Source of the DNA: the human T2T-CHM13v2.0 reference genome, Homo sapiens
Strand: one strand, 5' to 3'
DNA length: 64,000 nucleotides
Assembly (NCBI RefSeq): GCF_009914755.1
Contig: NC_060925.1
Part shown: positions 28,231-41,513 of the stretch, one piece after another
Layout: every line of letters begins with the position of its first letter
How positions within the stretch are numbered: the stretch's first letter is position 1
Made by a program: the position numbers and the translations under genes
The notes under the pieces: model-generated
Database searches by the model: none
What the model was told of the DNA's origin: nothing
What the model saw: the letters and a program-made list of their open reading frames with translations, nothing else

Positions 28231-29809
28231 CGAAAATTCAAGTCCTGCCTTGTAAAATGCAGTACTCCATTTTCCCAAAGAGATCCCAAGGGAAACTTAA
28301 CTACAGGATAAAGACAGACAAAAGGACATAAATTACAACTACTCTAGGTTCACATATTATTTTGTTTCTGAAATGGGTTTTAAAATATCTATGTCAGAGT
28401 TCATTTCTAGAACTTTATCTCTAGAAAACATATTTTCACTTCTCAATACAGGAAAATGGAGATTGGAAAAATGAGTTTGGAAAATGATTTCCATGCTTAT
28501 CTCTCAGCTTCTTTTTTCAACTTCCCTTTTTCATCTCCGTATCTTCACTGATACCTAGGAATCTCTGTTACATCACAGTCTTCAAGAGCTTTGCTCACAG
28601 CGAATTAGTTAAGACATTAGCTTTCAAAAGTATATGATATTCTCTCACAAGCATTTGTCTACTTTTAATAGGGCAAGCTACGTAAAGATGTTAAATCTCA
28701 TTCCAGAAATACCACATCTATTCTACCTATTTATGAGAACAGTCGTCTCTAGACCAAGATAGAAATTCATAGTTAGGAAATAAATCCCTGTAGGGTTTTT
28801 CCACAGTCCCAATATGTCCCCTACTGTCCCGATTTTAGCAACAAAAATCCCCCATCCAGAAAATCCTTCATTCCTGAGTAAGTTGAAAGATTGGTCACCC
28901 TATTTCTATCTGTGTCTCTTTCTTTCATAATTGGCTCATAATCATAGCAGTCACAATTTTGAAAAATGTTATTTTACTGAATTACTCATTGCTGTTTTCT
29001 CATTTTTTAAATAATAAACACTTATTAAGAAACATTGGAAATATACCAAAAATAGTAAACAATAAAACAGAAACCATTGGCAGAAATAGTCACTATTAAA
29101 ATCTTAATATACTCCCTTCCAATGTTGTTTCTGTTAATGCAAATTAAAAAATCAGAGATTCGCCTCTGTGAACTAGATCTCTTTTTACCTTTAGATATTA
29201 TTTGACAAATACATAGCTCAATCATCTATCCAAACTTCTCTTTTACAGACTCCATGCCAATTAACCTTCTCCTATGAAACTATTATTTCTTCACATAGGA
29301 TAAATATGGTTATTGACACACAAACTTTCTTAGTTACACTGCAATCCAGTTGTGCGTTCCTAAATTTATACCAATTGGATTTAGAATGATCATTACTAAA
29401 GAGGCTTGGCCTTATCTCTTGCAATTTGCTTCTTCCTTCTTAAATTCAATTCTTGTAATGTAACTATAATTTGGGGGTATCTTTTTGCCTCATATTCAAA
29501 TTCTCTTTCAAACTGAGGTACATTTCTGTATTTCTGTATTTGTATATTGCATATAATAGTATAGAAAACAATAATGAGATTATAGTGTACATAAAAGTTT
29601 TGAAGTATAATTAAATATTTAATATATAAATATATTAAATATGGGCTGCTGACTCACCAAGCCTGGTTTGGCTTCCATCACTTGTGTAATCAATCACCTG
29701 TATTAAATCACCTCTGCTTGAAAGACGAAGAATAGTTTCTGATTTATAAGCAAACACTGAAAGCTCTTCTATTTCTTGTTTGCTAAACAAGATTTGTCAA
29801 AGTTAAATA

Positions 29810-30300
29810 TTTTATTTTATTGAATTCACTTTTTGCCTCTCCTACAATGATGATTTGCTTTTCCTCCTTTAACTTGTTAATGTGATGAATTATACATAGT
29901 TTTTTTTTTCTATTGTTAGAAATCCTTGCATTCATGGAACAAACACAATTTTCATACTATATTTTTTATAGACTTCTAAACTTAATTTGCTAACTTTTAA
30001 TTTAAAATGTTTGCCGTTAGGTTCATGAGGAAAGTTGGCATGTAATTTTCCTGTCTTACACATTTCTCATATAACATTGGTATCAAGGTTGTACTGGCCT
30101 CATAAAATGAACGAACAAATGGACCTTTTTTTATTCTGGAGTTGTTTTTATAAAATGGAAATAATCCATTTCTTGAAAACATTTGATAGAACTCACCAGT
30201 AAAAATGTCTGGGCCTGCTGGTTCTCTTCTTCTAAGAAGAATTTGGAACTTATAATTAAAGCTCCTTTAATGTGTTAGAAAACTTTCCAGGTTTCCTTGA
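29810..30300 (-). mobile_element. Ancient L1M ORF2 (RT region) fragment
   Basis: ORF 29997-30182(-) SFYEASTTLIPMLYEKCVRQENYMPTFLMNLTANILN resembles L1 ORF2 SFYEASITLIPKP...ENYRPISLMNIDAKILN. Confidence 0.85.
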
Positions 30301-32805
30301 ACATTAATAAATTCCAATGACGAAAAGCCCTCAGATATTAAATATAACCTTAAATATAACCTTCCCCCAATTCAATTTTTCTTTTGCAGATATGATTAGA
30401 TACTCTAATTTTTCAACCTCTATTTCACATATCCATTTTCCTTTCCTCCTCTGTACTGTCTTCAGCATAATTTGTTTAGTCTAACTTCCAACTCACTTAT
30501 TTTCTTTTTGGTTCTATCCAATATTGTGTTTAACCTGTCCATTTAGTTTTTAATTTTCATTATATTTTTTATTTCTAAAAGATCTCTTAAATTCAGTTTC
30601 AATCTGCTTAATATAAGATACATACACTGTCTCAATTTATATTCCTGGCACACCTCATTGATTTTTTAAACATATTAAACACAGCTTTTATAGTTATATA
30701 ATCGTCCTAATATCTGAAATCTTTATGGGCATAATTCTGTTTCTGCTCATGATGTTTATTTCCTCATGAGTTTTGTAAGAGTCTTACTTTTTTCTCATTT
30801 TGGATGAAATTTTACCTGTGGCCATTCTTTGAGACATGGGCTGAATGTGGGTTTCTCCAAAGACACTTTGCCTTCGTCTTGTGTTTGGTGGTAATACCAA
30901 CATGGGATAACTATAAAATAAATTATCAGTTTCATGTGTGGGTTTTTTTTAACTTATACTTACAGTGAAAATTTAAACCACAAATTCATGTGAAGATGGC
31001 CTTCTCATTTTTCCTCTAAATAGCACCGAGTTTGAGGCAGGAAAATTTCCTGGTTGTCTCCCCCTGAGGAACAGGTTTTTATCTAGTTTATCCTTTCCCT
31101 GAAATTATAGTCCTTCGTATCTCTGGCTTTCAGCAGTTTTCTCCTGTAAGACTGCTATACTGGGCAGGCACTAGGTTTTGTCTCACACTCTCCCATATCC
31201 CAGGTGGTCATAAAAATTGAAGCTCAGGGTACTAGGGCCAGGACTGTCCTTATGGAAGCTTCTGGTTTGGGGGTCTGCATACCTCTCTGGATTTATGTAT
31301 TCTCCTTATGCTTGGCCTATGTGGTTCACCTTAATTTCTATTCAAGTCAGTAATATACTTTTGAAAAATGACATGTACATTTTATCTGGTATTTGTAGAT
31401 TTCATATAGCAGGATAGTGATTCAGCAAATTTAGTCTACCACAATGCTGGGAATAGAATTCCCCTAATTTTTGAAAACATTATATTAAATCATGTTTATT
31501 GCCATTAATAGTCTTATAAATGTGCTTTTAACTAACTGCATTTTGTCATAGCTCATTGTGATTGTATATTTAACTAGTTCACCCCTACCTCATGTTTTTT
31601 GGGAGTGAAGGTTGTACTCAACTCATTAAGTTAAGTAATACTACAGTAAACATCAATCTATACATGCATTAATAATGATTTCCAAGAAAGTAGTGACACA
31701 TGGTCATAATCATCTTTGAGGCTGATGGTACATATTTTCAAATTGCATCTCAGAAATAATATACCAATCTGTGCTCTAATCAGCCGCATATGAAAGTGTC
31801 ATCTTTCTGTTCTCCAACCAATACAACTACTACTGTTTTTATACCTGCAAATCTGACAAAGATGTGAGAAGGCATCTTATAGTTTCAATTTGTATTTCTT
31901 TGGTGACCAATGTACTAAATTACTCAATGTACTAAATTACTCTTTTCCTGTTTATGATCCATTTCAAACAAAATGTAAACCATTTTTTAAATTTTTTTAT
32001 ATTAATGCAAATCGTAAATCACTACTTTATTTATTCAACTTCCTAAGCAAAATTATATGTTGTCCCATTTATACATTTTATATTAGATCTTTCTGCCTTA
32101 CATTTATAACCTAAAAAATGTCAGAATTATATAATAATGATGAACAGTTGATTATAAATAATGTCTTTATTAGGATATTTCTCCATAAATCTAAATTTCA
32201 TCAATCTTTCTTTAAATATCTCTACACAATGTCCTCTTGTATTATATTAATAATTGCAGATACACTTCTTTTTGCTATTTCTATTCTTTCCTATTCCTAT
32301 TGTCTGTTAGTCTCCCATTTTCTCCCATAAAATAAATAAAAATTTTTCTATCAGATTCTGTGATATATTACTTCTTATTCCCAGCCTTCAACATTTTAAG
32401 AATTCATATTGACCTTTTCTCCCATTCTTATTTCAAGTTATCAGCATGTTGATACTTGGGAAATCCCATCAAGTGTTTAACAGTGCATACCTTACTGATT
32501 CATTATTTATTTCAATTTAATCTTTCTTATTTTCATTCAACTTTTTTCTCAGTAATACAACTTTTTCAAGCTTTTTATTTTCTAATGCATTTCTCCAAAT
32601 AGCAGCCATAACCCTTATATGCCCTCTTTCAATGACAACAACAAAAGTGTGCTAGGCTTCTTGGAAGAAAATAATGATACCAATTCAAGAAGGAGAAAAT
32701 TGATGTACTGATAAACAAATGGGCATCTTAGGATCATGTTTCTCACAAGTAAGGCAGTTCCAGAAATTCCTAGGACCATAATGGGTTTTATTCTAAATAG
32801 GTTAA

Positions 32806-33238
<433 letters not shown>

Positions 33239-33774
33239 TAATACCATCAGCTTGACTTGAGGCCCTCTTTGAAAGCAGACTCAGAATCTGTAATTTATCA
33301 GGATCCCCAGGTAATTTGTATGTGCAGTCTAGTTTGGTAGATCTGCTCTGGCAGACTGGAAGACTCTTCTATCTGCCTCATGTAAGGTGCAGGTGACATA
33401 ATTAGGTAATCAAGCAAAAGATCACATATTTTAATAAGAAAGAGACACTGGCTATTATTTTGAGTGGCAAAACAGGTTATTCAGTCCCAGTTTAAAATGG
33501 AAATGACAGAGACCAAGATGAAGATTTTTAATTTGAGATGTGCCTGCGATGCAATTACATTTGCTGAATGAAACTGCTTCAGTAATTAGATGCAGGTTTC
33601 TTCTCTCTTCTTTTTGAGATGTAAAGAAGACACAATAGACTCATGGAACTTAAAGAACTAGACGCCAGCTAACAAAACATGCTATCCAGGCTCTTTCGTT
33701 TCACCATATTGCTTTCTTGAAAACATAGGACAGTGCCAGTTTAGCACTGAAAAAAATCAGTTCTCCTAATTCTA

Positions 33775-33990
<216 letters not shown>

Positions 33991-34465
33991 GAGAGAGAGA
34001 GAGAGAAACTGTAATTTCATTTCAGAAGTTTTATAGGGTACTATTTCCAATTCTTTTTTTCTTACTCCATTAAAGTGTAATTAGCAGTATGTGAAAATTT
34101 CCACTTTATCCTCAATCAGAAGCCTCTCCTTCCAATTAGCATATATTTTTTCTATTAACTTTGTAAAGTGGGATTCTTGTTTTATACATACCCCTGGAAA
34201 GTATACTTAAACTGTGAGACCCTGGGATTTTATATTTCCAAATAGAAGATACCATCCTCTTGTATCACAAAATGTACCTAAGATGGTTTGGATTATATTT
34301 AAATATTCTTGAATGAAATAGACTTACTGACTGAAGCCAATTATTATATTTTTCCACACCAAAATAAATGCAATAGGAAAAGATGACAGTTCTATGTAGT
34401 ATTCCTGCTTCCATATTGCACAAATTAGAAACATACATATTCCATTATGTTACAGGGTCTAGGGC

Positions 34466-34560
34466 TTTGGGAGGACAAGGCTGCAGGCAGCCGAGATTGT
34501 GCCGCTGCACTCCAGCCTGGGCGACAGAGTGAGATCTTTTCTCAATAATAATAATAAAAG
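34466..34560 (+). mobile_element. Alu 3' fragment with (AAT)n tail
   Basis: GCCGAGATTGTGCCGCTGCACTCCAGCCTGGGCGACAGAGTGAGA. Confidence 0.85.
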
Positions 34561-34819
34561 TAAAAAGAAATATAATATTTAATCAATATATGCACACACA
34601 TGGGTTTATCATGACACACACGACATGTGTGTACAGTGAAAAAAATGAGTAAATCTAGAAACCTGTATTGCCTCAATAGCTAGCTAAGTACTTCAATATG
34701 CATGTTTATTTCAACAATTTTGTGTTAAGCTTCAGTGGTAAATAAGCAGAGTACACTGACCATAATGAATACTTCTTTTGATGAGGGTTATCACTACACA
34801 ATTAAAATATTACATAGTT

Positions 34820-35108
<289 letters not shown>

Positions 35109-35240
35109 TATATAATAATAAATATATATATATTATATATAATCAATATAAATATAATATATAATAAATATATAATATGTATTATACAAATAATAAATAT
35201 ATATATTATATATAATAAATATATCATATAGATGATATAG
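35109..35240. repeat. AT-rich (TA/TAA) low-complexity tract extending the Alu tail
   Basis: Seen directly. Confidence 0.9.
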
Positions 35241-35907
35241 TTTAGAGTTAAATACTGACTGCTCTTGGGAACTTTGAGGTATTCTGAGGGATATAAATAA
35301 CACGAAGAGAATAGCACATTGGCTTGAAGCAGATTAGAGTCTGCTACCTGCGTGAATACTTGTTTTTCATGAACTATGAGGATGCCCTTAGCTTTTGAAC
35401 CACTTCTACTTGTGTTGAAATTTACCCTTTAATTTTGGGGTTTGACAGGCTCTGCCCTTCTGTTATGCTTGAGTCTGGCTTTTCCTACTCTGACTCACTT
35501 TGATTCTTGACCTCTGAATCTTATTCCTATTTTACAATAAACACACATCGCACATACGCCAATTAGTAGAGTGGAAGAGGGAAAAATTGCCAAGGAACTA
35601 TGTTTAATTTTGTTCCTTTCGCAAACCAGACACCATAACAGAAAAATTTTAGGAACATGTGCATGTTCAGTAGCCTTCAATGCAATTATACTGGTTATTA
35701 AAAAGTGTTGGATAATCAATATTTTTTAAAGATTCACTAGTCCCTTCTGATAATTTTAGAACTTTGGGAAGTAATAATACAAATGTATTTTTAGCTGTGT
35801 CCTTTAATCTTTTACTGTTTCCTCTATGTGTGGTGTTTGGTTTGTGTGTGTGTGATAATTATTATAAAGATCAGAGGCTAACAGAGGTGTTAATCACGAA
35901 CTTTTAA

Positions 35908-36220
<313 letters not shown>

Positions 36221-36299
36221 GCATGACCTTTTAACTTGTCTCATACACTCAATATTCTCAAGATATACCTTCCAAAGTGCAAAATTATGGCACTTTGCA

Positions 36300-38485
36300 G
36301 CCCTGACCACTAACTGAGAACTTTGATGCTTTGGATTTTGGAGACCTCATTTTATCACCTGGTCCTTTTACTTCATGACTTGTCATGCTGCCACCTTTTG
36401 ATGGGATTGAGATGAAGATAATAATTCCCAACTGGTCAGGAATATTGTGCCCCTTTGTTTTTATATCCAGATGCAATAGAGCCTCTGACACACCACTACT
36501 ATTGTTCTTAGGATTTGGAACAAAATGCATTTCTTTGACAAAATAAATGTTTTCTTTAAAGAACTCTTGATTGATCCTGGACCATTGTAGAAACTGAAGT
36601 CCTATCAATGCAAAAAAATATGACAACATGAGCTGCTTATCATGAAATAAGTGTTTTCCAATTAACTATCCTGCTTCATCAGCAGGTAGGAATAATAGAA
36701 TCTATACCTATGTCTTCATGGGAAGTTCTCTATGGCCAGTTGATTAGTGAGGGAAAAATTGAGCCTGATTTACAGAAGTCACTGTACAACATCACAGCAG
36801 CAGCCAAAAGTAGATTGCTTAGGCATTATAACCTACGTGAATGCAATTTTAAAAGAAATTCAGCCTATGTAATTGGTTGTCCACGATGTCTAGAAGGAGA
36901 GATATTATTGATGTATATGTGGCAGCTAATAATTTGTCTAGATAATTAGGGACTTGGGGCCAGGCCTGATGGCTCACACCTGTAATCCCAGAACTTTTGG
37001 AGGACAGGACAGGTGGATTGTCTGAGGTCAGGAGTTCGAAACCAGCCTGGCTGACATGGTGAAACTCCGTCTCTACTAAAAATACAAAAATTAGCCAGAT
37101 GTGGTGGTGTGTGCCTGCAATCCTAGCTACTTGGGAGGCTGAGGCAGGAGAATCTCTTGAATCCAGGAGGAAGAAGTTGCAGTGAACCAAGATTGCACCA
37201 CTGCACTCCAGCCTGGGCAACAAAGCGAAACTCTGTCTCAAAAAAAAAAAAAAAAAAAAGAAAAGAAAAGATAATTAGGGACTCGGAAAGACAAAGACTG
37301 AAGGATTGGTGGCAATGAGTTTTGGGGAAAAAATATGTAGATGAACCACAGAAAATGAGCCAGAGTGTAAGAATATTTGTGCTTAATACGAATGCTCACC
37401 AAACTATCATCAGGAAGGTTATCAAATAGATATGAAGGTATGAAACAATCTCTTTCACCAGGCACTACATTGCTTGCTTAGAAGGCTAATAAACAGCAAC
37501 ATTGGTGGTAGCAGTAGAGAATACACATAGGTTTAGCAACATGTTGGACTTTACCACTCTCGCTTACAAAAGCCTATTTAGCTGTCAAGACTATTAGGTG
37601 TCCAACACACAAGCAACAAAGTCCAAGGCTAAGCACACAATAACATATCCTGGGTGAATAAACCAGTCACCTTTTGTCAGACTTGTTGATTTTATTGGAA
37701 CTCCTCTATGATAAAGGCAACAAGGAATTTTGTAAATGGAATCTACCTTTAACCTTGAATTACATTTGCTTTACCTGACATCATTTTTCTCTGATCGCCA
37801 CTCTCCACGGGTACATTGAATGCCTTATATATACTGCCATAATATCCTGTTCTACATCCTTCTCTTAAAAGAACTTGTTGTATAACAAATGAGTAGATAT
37901 TCATTGGACTCACCTGGTCCACCATTTATCCTATCACTAACCAAAATTATTATTATTACAGAATGGTGAATATTTTATTAAAGACTCAATCACAGTGCCA
38001 GCTGGAGACAATGGCTTATAAGGTTGTACTCATGCTAGAGGATGTGGTGGTGTATCCTCTGAACTAGTAACTAAGTATAAGCTTGTCTGGTGTCTCCTAT
38101 ATAAAAAATACAACAATCTTTGATATTTGTTATGAATGTTGAAGTGACTCCTTTTGTCATTACATCTAATGATCCACTCCAAATACTTGTCTCTTGTCTC
38201 TGAGATTCTAGGTTTTTGCAGAATTAGTACCCAAAGGGAGAGTCTTAGCAGTATTCCATTTTACAATCCATCCTTCGTTAGAGGATGAGAGACTTCTATC
38301 TAGCCTTTTAGGTTGCCTGAGACCTTTAAACAAACAGTCAAAAATTTAAAATTTAAAATGCGGCTACACTGTGGCATGGGGTAGTAAATCTTGACCTTAA
38401 AACTGGTATTTGTAAGAAAAACAGAAAGAATTCAGGGATCCCCTTTGATGGCTCCTAATTCTATACAGTCCTGTAAATATTCCTG
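36300..38485 (+). mobile_element. Ancient ERVL internal region (pol RNase H-integrase and dUTPase remnants), interrupted by an Alu
   Basis: ORF 36710 MSSWEVLYGQLISEGK resembles ERVL MASWGVPYDQLTEEEK. Further degenerate matches, in the expected order, to WALVETE, KDWKIG..EIWG, VKIFVSHVNAHQ, CPICQQQRP...VDYIGP and GDPLGRLLVLPCPV. Confidence 0.75.
36958..37268 (+). mobile_element. AluSx-like inserted in ERVL pol
   Basis: Full Alu; perfect TSD AGATAATTAGGGACT at 36940-36954 and 37269-37283. Confidence 0.95.
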
Positions 38486-38490
38486 AAGAC

Positions 38491-38656
38491 TAACCAGGCA
38501 TGGTGGTGCACACCTGTAATCCCAGCTACTCCAGAGGCTGAGGAAGAGAATCACTTGAACCTGGGAGGCGGAGGTTGCAATGAGCTGAGATTGTGCCACT
38601 TCACTCCAGCCTGGGTGACAGAGCAAGACTCTGTCTCAAAAAAAAAAAAAAAAAAA

Positions 38657-38705
<49 letters not shown>

Positions 38706-38707
38706 AA
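38491..38707 (+). mobile_element. Alu right arm with poly-A and (GAAA)n tail
   Basis: Right monomer; TGAAGACT on both flanks. Confidence 0.9.
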
Positions 38708-38964
38708 TGAAGACTGCCACAACTTGGAAGCAACCAAGATGTCCTTCAATAGGTGACTGCATAAGCAAACTGTGGTATATTCCTACAGTGGAATATTATT
38801 CAGTGCTAAAAGGAAAAAACTATCAAGCCACAAAAAGATACAGAAAAACAAAGACATTTTGCTAAGTGAAAGAAGCCAGTCTGAAAAGGGTACATACTGT
38901 GATTTCAACTATACAACACTCTGGAAAAGGCCAAACTATAAAGACAGTGAAAAGATCAGTGGTT

Positions 38965-39731
38965 ATCTTTGCAGACGCCACCATCGCTGTGAGCCCTGTA
39001 CTATCAGCCATGGTCAACTCCGTCGTCTTTTTTGAAATCACCAGGGATGGCAAGCCCTTGGGCCGCATCTCCATCAAACTGTTTGCAGACAAGATTCCAA
39101 AGACAGCAGAAAACTTTCGTGCTCTGAGCACTGGAGAGAAAGGATTTCGTTATAAGGGTTCCTGCTTTCACAGAATTATTCCAGGGTTTATGTGTCAGGG
39201 TGGTGACTTCACACGCCCTAATGGCACCGGTGACAAGTCCATCTATGGGGAGAAATTTGATGATGAGAACCTCATCCGAAAGCATACAGGTTCTGGCATC
39301 TTGTCCATGGCAAATGCTGGACCCAACACAAATGGTTCCCAGTTTTTCATCTGCGCTGCCAAGACTGAGTGGTTGGATGGCAAGCATGTGGCGTTTGGCA
39401 AGGTGAAAGAACGTGTGAATATTGTGGAAGCCATGGAGCACTTTGGGTACAGGAATAGCAAGACCAGCAAGAAGATCACCATTGCTGACTGTGGACAATT
39501 CTAATGAGTTTGACTTGTGTTTTATTTTCACCACCAGACCCATTCCTTCTGTAGCTCAGGAGAGCACCCCTCCACCACATTTGCTTGCAATATCCTAGAA
39601 TCTTTGTGCTCTTGCTGCAGTTCCCTTTGGGTTCCATGTTTTCCTTGTTCCCTTCCATGCCTAGCTGGATTGCAGAGTTGAGTTAAGTTTATGATTATGA
39701 AATAAAAACTAAGTAACAACAACAACAACAA
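38965..39731 (+). other. Processed (intronless) PPIA/cyclophilin A mRNA retrocopy: 5' UTR, CDS, 3' UTR and decayed poly(A) tail
   Basis: PPIA-like 5' UTR TTTGCAGACGCCACC; AATAAA at 39701-39706; (AAC)n/A tail; 15-bp TSD AAAAGATCAGTGGTT (38950-38964) / AAAAGCTCAGTGGTT (39732-39746). Confidence 0.95.
39010..39504 (+). CDS. PPIAL4: Peptidyl-prolyl cis-trans isomerase A-like 4 (cyclophilin A retrogene), 164 aa; paralogue uncertain (the FFEITRDG N-terminus is recalled as D/E/F-type)
   Basis: ATG in a strong Kozak context (GCCATGG) at 39010. Intact [22 protein letters not shown]...[16 protein letters not shown]...WLDGKHV...ADCGQF*, about 85% identical to recalled CypA. R55, F60, M61, Q63, A101, N102, Q111, F113, W121, L122 and H126 are retained. 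Translation is not shown by the sequence. Confidence 0.92.
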   Translation: MVNSVVFFEITRDGKPLGRISIKLFADKIPKTAENFRALSTGEKGFRYKGSCFHRIIPGFMCQGGDFTRPNGTGDKSIYGEKFDDENLIRKHTGSGILSMANAGPNTNGSQFFICAAKTEWLDGKHVAFGKVKERVNIVEAMEHFGYRNSKTSKKITIADCGQF

Positions 39732-40009
39732 AAAAGCTCAGTGGTTGCCAGGAGTTTGGGGATGGGTAGGGAGATAAATAGTTCTGAAACAGGCGATTTT
39801 TAGGGGATTGAAAATACGTTGGTAATAATGTAATGATGGGTACATGACATTATGCGTTTTGCAAAACTCCTAGACCTGTACCACACAAAGAGTGAACTCT
39901 AATGTAAACTGGGGGTGGGATAAAGGTGACAGTATGTGAGAACTCTGTACTTTCTGCTCGATCTTTCCATAAAGCTAAAACTGCTCAAAAAATAAAGTCT
40001 ATTATTTTG

Positions 40010-40555
40010 TTAAATGAAAGAAATTAACAATGACCATGGCACGCTCACACAAAAAGATTATCAAGGACATTTCTCTGTCAGGAATGAATATTTGGTCATC
40101 TCACAAGGCAAAACCCTGACTAGCAGAGGTGTTAGCTGAGGGCACATGGCCATAGATGCCAATAGTGACCTGCTGGCCACTTGCAGAAAGGAGAGCCTTT
40201 ACATCCAAACACATTGTTTCTCTTGTATTGTCCTGTGCATACTTATGTATCTTAACAACTTTCCTTCTTTCCTCTCCATTTATCCCTCTTTTTAAAACAG
40301 GGCTTATTGAGGGTGATTAACTTAATTTTTAAATGATATATGGCAGAATGTCAAGAGAGTATAGTGAAGAACTTCGTAGAGGAATGGACATAACCCAGAA
40401 TTCTTAGACTTAGAGTACATGCTGTGATTGAGAATTTTTTATTGTTTCATTGTTCAAGAGATTGTAGGTACATGTTCAATTATTAGAGAAATAGTTGCAC
40501 TCTGTTAGAAGGAAGCTTGGGTCTTTCGTGTTTACTTTCAAAAGGGAAAGTTTAT
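40010..40555 (+). mobile_element. Continuation of the ERVL internal region (end of pol/dUTPase to 3' end)
   Basis: TCAGGAATGAATATTTGGTCATCTCACAAGGCAAAACCCTGACTAGCAGAGGTGTTAGCTGAGGGC resembles ERVL SGMKVWVTPPGKKPRPAEVLAEG, which follows the segment interrupted at about 38485. Confidence 0.65.
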
Positions 40556-40599
40556 ATTGATATTGAGCAAGTTAAAGCATGAATATTTACTATTTGATG

Positions 40600-41030
40600 T
40601 TTGTTCCTGTGTTTGAGGAATTCCTCAGCCTCTCAGTTTTGACGAAAACAAGAAACCACCTCCTGCTTTAGAAGCTAAAATGTCAAATGCTTGCTTTCTC
40701 AGCCTCCTTTGCAGCTATCTGTTGCAAAGCGAACAAGTGGGAGTGGTGCTGGTGGCTTTGCAGTTAGCCTAGGATTGAGCAATTGCTGCAATTGTTGCTC
40801 TCTGCATCTTCGGTGTTACTTCTTACTGGTGGTGACAGTGGTTTCCTCCCTGGATGAGTTCTACAGCATGGTTTGGGGTACATTTCCTGGCTGCCTAGCT
40901 TTGATCTGGCTCTCTAGCCTTCTCAACAGTTCTACAAGTTCCCCACTATTTCTGTGATAAACCTATTTATTGTTAATGTCAGCCATAATTGGCTTCTGTG
41001 GTTTATATTTTTTAAAATTCCAAGATATAC
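40600..41030 (+). mobile_element. Old ERVL-class LTR (LTR33-like)
   Basis: TTCTCAGCCTCCTTTGCAGCTA...TTCCTGGCTGCCTAGC...ATAAACC...GGCTTCTGTGGTTT; subfamily uncertain. Confidence 0.45.
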
Positions 41031-41090
41031 CAATGTAACAGATAGCTCAACAAACATATGTCTTTTTAAATTAAGATATATTCTGTGTCA

Positions 41091-41513
<423 letters not shown>

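Larger units (their letters stand above)
38716..40005 (+). mobile_element. L1MC-type 3'-end fragment hosting the PPIA retrocopy
   Basis: AACTTGGAAGCAACCAAGATGTCCTTCAATAGGTG...CTAAGTGAAAGAAGCCAGTCTGAAAAGG...AAGATCAGTGGTT; after the insert it resumes GCCAGG...GAACTCTGTACTTTCTGCTC...TAAAACTGCTC...AATAAAGTCTATT. Confidence 0.85.

Noticed and set aside
27925-28331. Lys/Glu/Arg-rich and Phe/Ser/Leu-rich ORFs on both strands
   Set aside because: Artefacts of the polypurine tract, which cannot encode stop codons.
38866-39504. 212-aa version of the cyclophilin ORF as the real CDS
   Set aside because: It begins at a GTG inside L1 sequence outside the TSD. The ATG homologous to PPIA, with a strong Kozak context, is at 39010 and gives 164 aa.
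39004-39543. 179-aa antisense ORF over PPIAL4
   Set aside because: Shadow ORF of the sense coding sequence, with no independent support.
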